Source: Acidimicrobiales bacterium
Lineage (GTDB): Bacteria; Actinomycetota; Acidimicrobiia; Acidimicrobiales; Bog-793
Direction of reading: 5' to 3'
Assembly: GCA_050013835.1 (NCBI GenBank)
Contig: JBEKEM010000004.1
Coordinates: 101,569 to 165,568, forward strand
DNA: 64,000 nucleotides
Shown: positions 26,333-35,241 of the stretch, one piece after another
How the letters are laid out: each line of letters begins with the position of its first letter
How positions within the stretch are numbered: position 1 is the first letter of the stretch
Translations under genes and position numbers: made by a program
The notes under the pieces: model-generated
The model's input: the letters and a program-made list of their open reading frames with translations, nothing else
Databases searched by the model: none
What the model was told of the DNA's origin: nothing

Positions 26333-26941
26333 GTGATCGACCACATCCTCCTCGACGTCATCGGGGCGATCCGCGACGCCCTCGAGGGGGCGCTCCTGGA
26401 GCAGCAGGCCGTCGAGGAGCGGTTCCAGGTCGACGTCTTCCTCGGCGACGTCGCCTTCGAGACCTCGTTCTCGCTCCCGGGCGAGCAGAACCCCCCGCGG
26501 GTCCGCGCCGATCTCGGGCTCGAGTGGCCGACCTGGAGCCAGAGCGCCTACCGGTCGTGGTCGATCGGGGAACCGACCTTGGAACACCCCGAAGTCGCGG
26601 TCGAGGTCACCCTGCGGCTCCAGCGCCTCGCCGCCGTCCCCGATGTGGCGGCCGTGCTCGCGGCCATCGGCGAGGGGCGGCCGGAACTCGCGGGAGAACC
26701 GCTCGAGCGCAGCGGGATCACCGTCGAGCAGGCTTTCGATGCCGAGCCGGGCACGGCGACCTCGGCGATCGAGATCGCCTACCAGGGCACCTACCGGCTG
26801 AGTGAGACGGTCCTCGAGGAGCCGGAACGGCTCGACGGCCAGGTGGCGCCGCTCGCTCGCTGGATCGCCTCGGCCCTCGTCCGCCTCGCCGACCTCGAGC
26901 TCCCGTCCCTGCCGGTCGACGACCCCGAGGCGAGCACCTAG
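26333..26941 (+). CDS. Hypothetical acidic protein
   Basis: The 202-aa ORF has balanced, non-shadow amino-acid content (W, Y, F, I and Q present). The competing antisense ORF 25919..26944 is R/G/D/E-rich junk. No family was recognised. Confidence 0.6.
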   Translation: MIDHILLDVIGAIRDALEGALLEQQAVEERFQVDVFLGDVAFETSFSLPGEQNPPRVRADLGLEWPTWSQSAYRSWSIGEPTLEHPEVAVEVTLRLQRLAAVPDVAAVLAAIGEGRPELAGEPLERSGITVEQAFDAEPGTATSAIEIAYQGTYRLSETVLEEPERLDGQVAPLARWIASALVRLADLELPSLPVDDPEAST

Positions 26942-27054
26942 CACACCGGCCCCAGGAGATTGTTGACTTAGCCCCTTTTTGCACCCATGCCGGATGCATA
27001 CACGCAGGCGACAGCCTTGCCATTAGGGGCCAAATCGACTAAATGAACACCCTC

Positions 27055-28104
27055 CTAGGCGAGCCCCCGCGCCCGCGCGAGCTCGGCGAGCGACGATTCC
27101 GGCCGGGCGCCGAGGTGGCCGATCGCCTCGCTCGCCGCCAGACAGCCGAGACGTGCCGCCCCCTCGGGTCCGTGGCCGTGAGTGATCCCGAAGCAGAACC
27201 CGGCGGCGAACAGGTCGCCCGCACCGGTCAGATCGACGATCCCGTCGACCGGGCAGGCGGGTACGGCGACGATCCCGTCCGCCGTCCCGACCAGAGCACC
27301 TTCCTCACCGAGGGTCACCGCCACCGTGAGGCCGGGGAGCGCGAGGGCACCGAGCGCGCGACGTGCGGACGCGGCGCGGGTGAAGGCGAGGAGCTCGGCT
27401 TCGTTGGCAAACACGATGTCGACCGACCCGCCAGCGAGGCGTTCCAGGACCACGCGATGCCGTTCAACCAGCAGCGCGTCCGACAACCCGAGGGCGACGG
27501 CCGTGCCCCGGGCGCGCGCCGCCGAAAGAAGGCGTTCGACGAGCGCCGGCGCGTCGGGCAGGTCGAGGACGTAACCGTCGAAGTAGACGAGCCGGCCGTC
27601 CCCGATGACCGCGGGATCGATCCCCGCCGAGTCGAGCCTGCCGCCGGCGCCGAGGAAGGTCGCCATCGTCCGCTCGGCCTCCGGGGTGATGATCGCGCAG
27701 CACCGCCCCGTCGCCGTCCCGAGCCCGGGAGGGCCGGCGGCGAAGCGCTGCAGGACCGCGTGCACCCCGGACGCCTCGAGGTCCGCCGCGTAGCGCTCGC
27801 CGAGCTCGTCAGTCGCCACCGCGCCGACGAAGGCGGGGTGGCCACCCAGCGAGGCGACGCCGACGGCGGTGTTCGTGACCGTCCCGCCCGAGACCTGCCG
27901 GACCTCGCTGACGACGGACCGGATCCTCTCGCTCGTCGCGAGGTCGACCAGCGTCATCGCGCCGAGCGGCAGCCCGAGCGACTCGACGACGTCGTGGCCG
28001 GCGAAGGCGAGGTGGTCCATCAGGGCGTTGCCGACGCAGACGACGTCGAAACGTCGCGCGGCTCCTCGCGGGGTCGTCTCGCGCGAGCCGTCCTCCCCCG
28101 TCAC
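27055..28104 (-). CDS. PfkB family carbohydrate/nucleoside kinase (adenosine kinase-like)
   Basis: FDVVCVGNALMDH at the N-terminus and the C-terminal TGAGDLFAAGF motif are characteristic of PfkB ribokinase-family enzymes. Confidence 0.8.
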   Translation of the reverse strand: MTGEDGSRETTPRGAARRFDVVCVGNALMDHLAFAGHDVVESLGLPLGAMTLVDLATSERIRSVVSEVRQVSGGTVTNTAVGVASLGGHPAFVGAVATDELGERYAADLEASGVHAVLQRFAAGPPGLGTATGRCCAIITPEAERTMATFLGAGGRLDSAGIDPAVIGDGRLVYFDGYVLDLPDAPALVERLLSAARARGTAVALGLSDALLVERHRVVLERLAGGSVDIVFANEAELLAFTRAASARRALGALALPGLTVAVTLGEEGALVGTADGIVAVPACPVDGIVDLTGAGDLFAAGFCFGITHGHGPEGAARLGCLAASEAIGHLGARPESSLAELARARGLA

Positions 28105-28177
28105 GCCGACACCCTAGTGCCGCAAGGTTCTCCGAAGGACGAGCCAACAAGCCCCGGTTGACTAGCCTCAACGTGTT

Positions 28178-30790
28178 GTGGACGCGACCGAGAAACCTGC
28201 CGACTGCCGCCTCTCCCGCAACGCCGTCCCGCGGCGCTACGACCTCGAGCTCACACCGGACTTCGCGGCGGGCCGCTTCGCGGGCACCGAACGCCTCGAG
28301 GTCGAGGTCGTCAACGAAGTGGCGGAGCTCGACTGCAACGCCGACGACCTGGAGATCACCGACGCGACCATCGCACCCGGCTGGGCGTCGACCGGCATGG
28401 CCGGGGAGCCGGAGGCGCTCGCCGTCTCGCTCGACTCCGGCGCCAAGCGCGTCCTGTTCGCTCCCCGGGCGCCGCTGACACCGGGCCGCTACACCCTCGC
28501 CTGCCGGTTCACAGGCGCCTTCAGCGACCGGCTGTGCGGCTTCTACCTCAGTCGGTTCGTCGACGACGAGGGCCGCGAGCACATGATCGCCACGACGCAA
28601 TTCGAGGAGACCGACGCCCGCAGGGCATTCCCGTGCTTCGACGAGCCGGACCTGAAGGCCGTCTTCGGCGTGACGCTCGTCGCCCCGCCGGGGATGCTCG
28701 CCTTCTCGAACGGCCCCGAGGTCGCCGTCGAGGAGCTTGCCTCCGGCGCCCGCCGGGTCCGTTTCGCCGACACGATCCCGATGTCGACCTACCTCGTCGC
28801 CTTCGTCGTCGGCCCCCTCGAGGCGACCACCCCCGTCCAAGTCGACGGGATCGCCCTGCGGGTCGTGACGGTCCCGGGCCGGGGCCACCTCACCTCGACC
28901 GCTATCGAGGTCGCCTCCCACGCCCTGCGCTACTACCGCGAGTACTTCGCGCTCCCGTACCCCGGGGAGAAGCTCGACCTCGTCGCGATCCCGGACTTCG
29001 CGAGCGGCGCGATGGAAAATCTCGGCTGCGTCACCTTCCGCGAGGCCGAGCTCCTCGCCGACCCCGCCGACACCTCCAAGCCCGAGCTGCGCCGGATCGC
29101 CGAGGTCATCGAGCACGAGCTGGCCCACATGTGGTTCGGGGACCTCGTCACGCTGCGCTGGTGGAACGGCGTCTGGCTGAACGAGGCCTTCGCGACCTTC
29201 ATGGCGCTGCGCTGCCAGGACGACTTCCACCCCGACTGGGAGTGCTTCGTCGCCTTCGCCCGTCTGCGGGAGTCTGCCCGCTTCACCGACGGACTCCCCT
29301 CGACCCGCGCCATCGAGTTCCCGGTCACCACCCCCGAGGAGGCCGCGGCGATGTTCGAGGTGCCGATCACCTACATCAAGGGCCCAGCCGTCCTCTGGAT
29401 GATCGAGCAGTACATCGGCCACGACCAGTTCCGGGCCGGCGTGCGCCGCTATCTCGAGACGAACGCATTCGGCAACGCCGAGACGACAGACCTCTGGGAC
29501 GCGCTCGAGGCGGAGAACCCCAACGTGCAGCTGCGCGCCGCGATGGACTCCTGGGTCTTCCAGGCCGGCTACCCGATCGTCTCGGCGACCGTCGCGGACG
29601 ACGGCTCCGCCGTCGAGCTTCGCCAGGAGCCGTTCTCCTACCTCCCGGCCGAGCAGGGGTCTCGGGGGACGGCCGCGGCACACTGGCTCGTCCCGATCGT
29701 CGCCGCGCCCGCCGGCGACCGCGCCAAAGTCACCCGCCTACTCCTCGACGACATGCCGCTGCGGGTCGCGGCCGACCCGCCGCCGGTCCTCGTCAACGCC
29801 GGCGGCACCGGCTTCTACCGCGTCCGGTACGAAAAAGCGCTGCGCGACGCGCTGCTCGCGCACCTCGACCTGCTCGACCCGATCGAGCGCCTCGGGCTCG
29901 TCGGCGACCTCTGGGCCGCCGTGCTCGTCGGCACAACCGGTCTCGACGAGTTCCTCGCGACCCTCGCCCATTTCGCCGACGAAGACGACCCCTACATCTG
30001 GGCGGTCCTCACCACGGCGCTGCAAACGATCGATCTCGTCGCGCTCGAGAACGACCGCGTGCCCCTCGCCCGCCGCACGCAATCGGCACTCGGCCCCGAG
30101 CTCGCCCGCCTCGGTTGGGAGGCGGCTCCCGGCGAGGGCGAGCAGGCGCCGGTCCTGCGGGCGATCCTCATCTCGGCGCTCGGCACGTTCGGCCGGGACG
30201 CGGACGTCGTCCGCCGGGCGCGGGAGCTCTTCGAGGCCGACCAGGCGGGCGGGGGGGAGCTCGACGCCGACATCGCCGGCGGTGTCCTCGCCACCGTCGC
30301 CTGGAACGCCCGGCGGACGGATTTCGACGCCATCGTGGCCCGCATGCGCGAATCCCGGTCGCCCCTCGACGAGCGCCGTTACCGCGCCGCCCTCGGCTCG
30401 CTCACCGACCCGGGGTACGCGTCCGAGGTCCACGAGCTGTGCCGCGGGGAGATCCGCAGCCAGGACGCGCCCTACCTGCTCGGCGTCATGCTCGGCCAGC
30501 GGGCGATCGGGCCGGCAACCTGGGGGTTCATCACCACCCACTTCGAGGAGCTCGTCGCGCAGTACCCCGGCAACTCCATCCACCGGATGATGGAGGGAAT
30601 CGCCGATCTCGCCGCTCTCGACGACGAGGGCCGTCCCGTCTACGCCGGAGCCGTGCGCGCCTTCGTCGACGCCAAGTTCTCGGGTGGCTGGAAGCGGCCG
30701 GTCGAGCAGTCCGTCGAGCGCCTCGAGGTGAACCTCCGTCTCGCGGCCAGGGTCCGCACGTCGCTTGGCGCGCTCGTGGCGCGCGGCTGA
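28178..30790 (+). CDS. pepN: Aminopeptidase N (M1 family)
   Basis: GAMEN, HELAHMWFGDLVT and WLNEAFATF (HEXXH-18-E) are present in an 870-aa ORF with a GTG start. Confidence 0.9.
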   Translation: MDATEKPADCRLSRNAVPRRYDLELTPDFAAGRFAGTERLEVEVVNEVAELDCNADDLEITDATIAPGWASTGMAGEPEALAVSLDSGAKRVLFAPRAPLTPGRYTLACRFTGAFSDRLCGFYLSRFVDDEGREHMIATTQFEETDARRAFPCFDEPDLKAVFGVTLVAPPGMLAFSNGPEVAVEELASGARRVRFADTIPMSTYLVAFVVGPLEATTPVQVDGIALRVVTVPGRGHLTSTAIEVASHALRYYREYFALPYPGEKLDLVAIPDFASGAMENLGCVTFREAELLADPADTSKPELRRIAEVIEHELAHMWFGDLVTLRWWNGVWLNEAFATFMALRCQDDFHPDWECFVAFARLRESARFTDGLPSTRAIEFPVTTPEEAAAMFEVPITYIKGPAVLWMIEQYIGHDQFRAGVRRYLETNAFGNAETTDLWDALEAENPNVQLRAAMDSWVFQAGYPIVSATVADDGSAVELRQEPFSYLPAEQGSRGTAAAHWLVPIVAAPAGDRAKVTRLLLDDMPLRVAADPPPVLVNAGGTGFYRVRYEKALRDALLAHLDLLDPIERLGLVGDLWAAVLVGTTGLDEFLATLAHFADEDDPYIWAVLTTALQTIDLVALENDRVPLARRTQSALGPELARLGWEAAPGEGEQAPVLRAILISALGTFGRDADVVRRARELFEADQAGGGELDADIAGGVLATVAWNARRTDFDAIVARMRESRSPLDERRYRAALGSLTDPGYASEVHELCRGEIRSQDAPYLLGVMLGQRAIGPATWGFITTHFEELVAQYPGNSIHRMMEGIADLAALDDEGRPVYAGAVRAFVDAKFSGGWKRPVEQSVERLEVNLRLAARVRTSLGALVARG

Positions 30791-30797
30791 TGCCTCG

Positions 30798-31442
30798 GTG
30801 AACCTCGGACTCGCGGCGGCGACCTTCGCCGTCGTGATCCCGGCGGAGTTGCCGGACAAGACGTTCATCTCCACCGTCGTACTCTCCTCGCGGCACCGGC
30901 CGCTCCCGGTGTGGGCAGGCGCGGCGACGGGCCTCATCGTCCAAGCGGGCGTCGCCGTCGTCGCCGGTCGCCTCCTCGGACTGGCGCCGCACCGCGTCGT
31001 CACCGGGATCGTCGCCGGTTTGTTCGTCGCCGGGGCGGCCTATCTCCTCCTCGCCAAACGCGCCGCCGTCGAGGACCGCGGAGAGGAGATCGCGGACAAC
31101 GAGGAGCGCCTCCTCGCCAGGGAAGGCACCCAGGGGGAGCCACCGCTGCGGCAACACCGCCTGGGCAGCGTACGGATCGCCGTCGTCACCTTCGCCGTGA
31201 TCGCCCTGGCGGAGTTCGGCGACCTCACCCAGGTGGTGATCGCCAACCTCTCGGCCAAGACGCGCGACCCGCTCAGCGTGTTTTGGGGCGCGGCGCTCGC
31301 CTTCGTCGTCATCAGCGGCATCGGCATCGCCGCGGGGAGGACGATCACGCGCGTCGTCCCGCTCGACCGCGTCCGTAAGCTTTCCGGCCTCTTGCTGCTC
31401 GGCCTCGGTGTCTGGAGCGCCGTCGCGGCGGGCACGGGATGA
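30798..31442 (+). CDS. GDT1/TMEM165 (UPF0016) family cation transporter
   Basis: Two E-x-G/P-D-x-T motifs (ELPDKTF, EFGDLTQ) sit in a 6-TM-like profile. A GTG start at 30798 avoids overlap with pepN. The track start at 30765 is possible. Confidence 0.75.
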   Translation: MNLGLAAATFAVVIPAELPDKTFISTVVLSSRHRPLPVWAGAATGLIVQAGVAVVAGRLLGLAPHRVVTGIVAGLFVAGAAYLLLAKRAAVEDRGEEIADNEERLLAREGTQGEPPLRQHRLGSVRIAVVTFAVIALAEFGDLTQVVIANLSAKTRDPLSVFWGAALAFVVISGIGIAAGRTITRVVPLDRVRKLSGLLLLGLGVWSAVAAGTG

Positions 31443-32179
31443 CCGCCGCCGGGCGGATCCCGCGTCGGCGTGGGCCGGAGGCGAACGCGCCGCGGGCGGT
31501 GGCGTTGTTGCACCGCGCGCGGGCGACGGCCGGGTTCCTCGCCGACGACGAGGCGGCGGCACTCCACGCCGTCGCCGTCCGGGCCCTCGGGACCCGGCCG
31601 GGCCCCCTCGTCGAGATCGGCGCCTACCTCGGGCGTTCGACGCTCTACCTGGCGGCGGCGGTCGCCGCCGTCGACGAGACGCGTCCCGTCGTCTTCAGTG
31701 TCGACCACCACCGGGGGTCCGAGGAGATGCAGCCCGGCTGGCCCGACCACGACCCCTCGCTCGTCGACCCCGCGACCGGCCGGATGGACTCGCTGGGGCG
31801 CTTCCGGCAGGCGCTCGAGCGGGCCGGTGCCGAAGACCTCGTCGTGGCGGTCGTCGGCGACTCGGCACGCGTCGCCGCCAACTGGTCGACACCGCTCTTC
31901 TTCGTCTTCATCGACGGCGGGCACGGATCGGTCCCCTGCTGGGCCGACTACCGGGGCTGGGGGCGGCACATCGCGCCCGGGGGCTTCCTCGTCCTCCACG
32001 ACGTCTTCGAGGATCCCCGCGAGGGAGGGCGCCCTCCCCACGAGTGCTACCTCGACGCCCTCGAGTCAGGCCGCTTCCTCGAGGACGCGTCCGCTCGCCG
32101 GGGCAGCCTGCGCGTGCTCGTCCGAACGACACTGCCGTGGAGCGGCGGGTCGACGTGGTCCCTCACTCGAGGCGGCTGA
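31439..32179 (+). CDS. Class I SAM-dependent methyltransferase (Methyltransf_24-like)
   Basis: VEIGAYLGRSTLYLAAA and the FVFIDGGH motifs are present. The ATG overlaps the upstream stop (ATGA at 31439-31442). Confidence 0.75.
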   Translation: MTAAGRIPRRRGPEANAPRAVALLHRARATAGFLADDEAAALHAVAVRALGTRPGPLVEIGAYLGRSTLYLAAAVAAVDETRPVVFSVDHHRGSEEMQPGWPDHDPSLVDPATGRMDSLGRFRQALERAGAEDLVVAVVGDSARVAANWSTPLFFVFIDGGHGSVPCWADYRGWGRHIAPGGFLVLHDVFEDPREGGRPPHECYLDALESGRFLEDASARRGSLRVLVRTTLPWSGGSTWSLTRGG

Positions 32180-33176
32180 AGACGGCCGAGCCGACACCCC
32201 CGGTGAGCACGTCGGCGGCGAGCACGACCGCCGCCGCCGAGTACGTCGTGCGCTCGCCGACAGGGAACTCGCTGCGCTCCGGGTAGACGAGCCCCGTCCG
32301 GTACGAGCCGTCGGGACAACGCAGGTCGCCCGTCGTGGCAAGTAGCGCCCAAGCCTCGTCGGTCCAGCCAGCCCGGAAGAGCGCGACGGCGCACTCCGCG
32401 GTCTCGGCCGTCGTCACCCAGCGCCGGTCGGCGCGGCACAGCACCCCGCGGTCGGGGGCGACGAACTCGTCGAGCCGGGCGGCCAGGCGCGCCCTTGCCG
32501 GCCCCTGGCCGAGCACGCCGGCGAGGGCGGGGTAGTACCAGTCCATCGCGAACTGCGACTTGTCGGCGAAGGTCGACTCCCGGGTGGCGACGAGAAGGCC
32601 GAGACGGGCCGCCGCCGCCGCCCAGTCCGGGCGTTGCAGCCCGAGCGCCGCCGCCAGCCGCACCCCCGACACGAGACTCTGGTGGACAGAGGAACTCGCC
32701 GCGAGGAGCGAGAACGCGGCCGGGCGGCCCCCCGGATCCAGCGACCACGGGACCCGGCCGTCCGGCCCCCGGGCCGCGAGGACGTAGTCGAGGGCGCTCT
32801 CGACCACCGCGAACATCCGGGCGGCGAAACCGGGATCGCCGCCCGCCCAGAGATGGCAGAGGACGCCCGTCGCCACGTAGGCGACTCCGTTCGTGTCGAC
32901 GCGCGCGTCCTCGACGCCACCGTCCGCCGAGTAGTAGGCGTGCCAGCTCCCGTCGGCGCGCTGGGTGCGTGCCAGCCACCCGAGGGCCGCCGCCGCGGCG
33001 GCGAGCTCGCCCGCCGCGGCGAGCGCCATCGCCGCCTCGACGTGGTTCCACGGATCGGCGTGGCCGCCCGGGTACCACGGGATCATCCCGTCGTCGCGTT
33101 GGGCCCCGAGGATGGTGGCGACGGTCGTGCCGGTGTCGACGAGGTCCGCGGCCGTCTCGGCGGGGGCCGCCGCCAT
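32163..33176 (-). CDS. Prenyltransferase/squalene-oxidase-repeat (terpenoid cyclase fold) protein
   Basis: From MAAAPAETAADL the sequence shows repeated QRxDGxW-type motifs (AQRDDGMIPWY, TQRADGSWHAY, ARGPDGRVPW, RCPDGSYR). The ATG overlaps the upstream stop by 1 nt (33176). Confidence 0.7.
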   Translation of the reverse strand: MAAAPAETAADLVDTGTTVATILGAQRDDGMIPWYPGGHADPWNHVEAAMALAAAGELAAAAAALGWLARTQRADGSWHAYYSADGGVEDARVDTNGVAYVATGVLCHLWAGGDPGFAARMFAVVESALDYVLAARGPDGRVPWSLDPGGRPAAFSLLAASSSVHQSLVSGVRLAAALGLQRPDWAAAAARLGLLVATRESTFADKSQFAMDWYYPALAGVLGQGPARARLAARLDEFVAPDRGVLCRADRRWVTTAETAECAVALFRAGWTDEAWALLATTGDLRCPDGSYRTGLVYPERSEFPVGERTTYSAAAVVLAADVLTGGVGSAVFSRLE

Positions 33177-33889
33177 CAGACGGCCTTCTCGGCGTAGACG
33201 ACGAGGCTCTTGCCGATGAGGGGGTTGAGCACCCGCTCGGCGGCACGCAGGACGAGCGGGCGGCGCTCGATGTCCCAGACGAGCAGACGGTGGTAGGCGG
33301 CGACGAGCGGGTGGTCCTCGCGCTCGATGCCGACGGCGCAGCGCAGCAGCCAGTAGGGCGAATGCAGGGCGTGGGCGTGGTGCGAGCCGACCACGACCAG
33401 CCCGGCGGCGGCGCACCGCGCGACGAGTTCGCGCTTGCGGTAGATGCGGACGTGGCCGCCTTCGACCTCGTGGTATGCGGCCGACACCGCCCAGTTCAGG
33501 CGTTCGGGGCCGGTGGCGGGGGCGCTCAGCGCCGCCAGCCCGCCGGGCCGGAGCACGCGCGCGAGCTCGGCGAGCGCCGCCCCGTCATCGACGACGTGCT
33601 CGAGCACCTCCGAGGCGATCACCCGGTCGAAGCTCGAGTTGGCGAAGGGGAGCTGCGTCACGTCGGCGGCGACGCCGTCGTGGCGCGTGCCGGGCGGCAA
33701 CTCGCCAGCTGCCCGCATCGCCCGGACCATCGCCGCGACGCCGTCGATCTCGGACCGCTTGGCGTCGAGGGAGACGACGTGGGCTCCAGCCTTCAGACAG
33801 GCGAAGGTGTGGCGCCCACCCCCGCACCCCACGTCGAGGACCGTCGTCCCCGGGACGATCGCGGCGCGCGCGAGGTCGACGGTCAGCAC
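33176..33889 (-). CDS. Class I SAM-dependent methyltransferase (type 11)
   Basis: VLDVGCGGGRHTF, FDRVIASEVLEHV and LRPGGL are present. The GTG start overlaps the GT4 stop (GTGCTGA at 33883-33889). Confidence 0.8.
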   Translation of the reverse strand: MLTVDLARAAIVPGTTVLDVGCGGGRHTFACLKAGAHVVSLDAKRSEIDGVAAMVRAMRAAGELPPGTRHDGVAADVTQLPFANSSFDRVIASEVLEHVVDDGAALAELARVLRPGGLAALSAPATGPERLNWAVSAAYHEVEGGHVRIYRKRELVARCAAAGLVVVGSHHAHALHSPYWLLRCAVGIEREDHPLVAAYHRLLVWDIERRPLVLRAAERVLNPLIGKSLVVYAEKAV

Positions 33890-35241
33890 GGGCGCCCCGC
33901 CAGGGCCGCCCGGTACTCCTCGGCCGTCGCCGCCGCGACCCGGTCCCAGCTGAAGCGGGTGAGCACCCGGCGGCGGCCGGCGGCACCGAGACGGCGGGCG
34001 AGGGCGGGCTCGGCGAGGATCCGGGCGACGGCCGCGGCCAGCGCGCCTGGGTCCCCCGGCGGCACGGCGAGGGCGGCGGCGCCATCGCTCCCGACGACTT
34101 CGGGCAGGGCGCCGCCTGTCGTCGCCACGAGCGGGACGCCGCACGCCATCGCCTCGATCGCCGGAAGCGAGAATCCTTCGTAGAGCGAGGGAACGACGGC
34201 GACCGAAGCCTCCGCATAGCGCTCGGCGAGACGGCAGTCGGACTCGCCGCCCACGAAGCGCACCGCACCTTCCAGTCCAAAGCGCGCGATGGCCACCATC
34301 ACCGGGCTCGCGCCACGGGGTTGCCCGACGACGACGAGGTGGGCGTCGTCGCGCTCGGTGCGCAGCTTCGCCAGCGCCTCCAGCAGGAAGACCAGCCCCT
34401 TCAACGGCACGTCAGCGCTCGACGTCGTCATGATCCGCCCCGGGACCCGGGCGAGCCCGGGGTGAGGTCGCCAGCTGTCGGTGTCGACGCCGAGCGGGAT
34501 GACGGCGATCCGGTCCGGGGCGACGCCCATCTCGGCGACGATGTCGCGTCGCGACGTCTCCGACACGGTGACCACGCGAGCAAGGCCGCGGGCCACGCGG
34601 TTCTGCATCGCGGCGAACCCGTACCAGCGTCGCAGCGATAGCGCGCGCGCCGTCCCCCGCGCCTCGGCGAGGTCGAGCCTCCGGTCGATCGTCACCGGGT
34701 GGTGGATGGAGGCAACGACCGGCCAACCGTCGGCCTGCATGCGGGCGAGCCCCGTGCCGAGCCCCTGGTTGTCGTGGACGACGTCGAACTCAGCCCGGCG
34801 GGGAGCGAGGGCCGTGCGCGCCCGCCACGAGAAGGTGCGCGGCTCCGCGAACCCCCCGGTCCACATCGTCGCCAGCTCCACGGCGTCGGTCGGCGAAGCG
34901 ATCTCGCGCCATCGCGGCCGGCGGAAGGGGTCGGGCTCGCGATAAAGGTCGAGGCTCGGCAGCGGCGTGAAGTCAACGCCCGGGTCGAGCTCCGGGTACG
35001 GCTGGCCGGCGAAGACCGTCACGCGGTGACCCGCCGCGACGAGGGCCCGGGAGAGATGGCGCGTGTACACCCCCTGCCCGCCGCAGCGCGGGTTGCCTCG
35101 GTAAGCGAGGAGGGCGATGCGCAGAGAGCCCCCGATCCGCGCCGGTGCGTCCGGCACCGGCGCGTGGATGGGCCTCACCGGACAAGCCTCGCCCGCAGGC
35201 GTCGTCCGGGCAACCGGCACGCCGTCAGTGCTGGCCGACAC
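33883..35241 (-). CDS. Glycosyltransferase family 4 protein
   Basis: The N-terminus RIALLAYRGNPRCGGQGVYTRHLSRALVAAGHRV and the C-terminal GT-B motif SLYEGFSLPAIEAMACGVPLVAT are present. Confidence 0.85.
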   Translation of the reverse strand: MSASTDGVPVARTTPAGEACPVRPIHAPVPDAPARIGGSLRIALLAYRGNPRCGGQGVYTRHLSRALVAAGHRVTVFAGQPYPELDPGVDFTPLPSLDLYREPDPFRRPRWREIASPTDAVELATMWTGGFAEPRTFSWRARTALAPRRAEFDVVHDNQGLGTGLARMQADGWPVVASIHHPVTIDRRLDLAEARGTARALSLRRWYGFAAMQNRVARGLARVVTVSETSRRDIVAEMGVAPDRIAVIPLGVDTDSWRPHPGLARVPGRIMTTSSADVPLKGLVFLLEALAKLRTERDDAHLVVVGQPRGASPVMVAIARFGLEGAVRFVGGESDCRLAERYAEASVAVVPSLYEGFSLPAIEAMACGVPLVATTGGALPEVVGSDGAAALAVPPGDPGALAAAVARILAEPALARRLGAAGRRRVLTRFSWDRVAAATAEEYRAALAGRPC

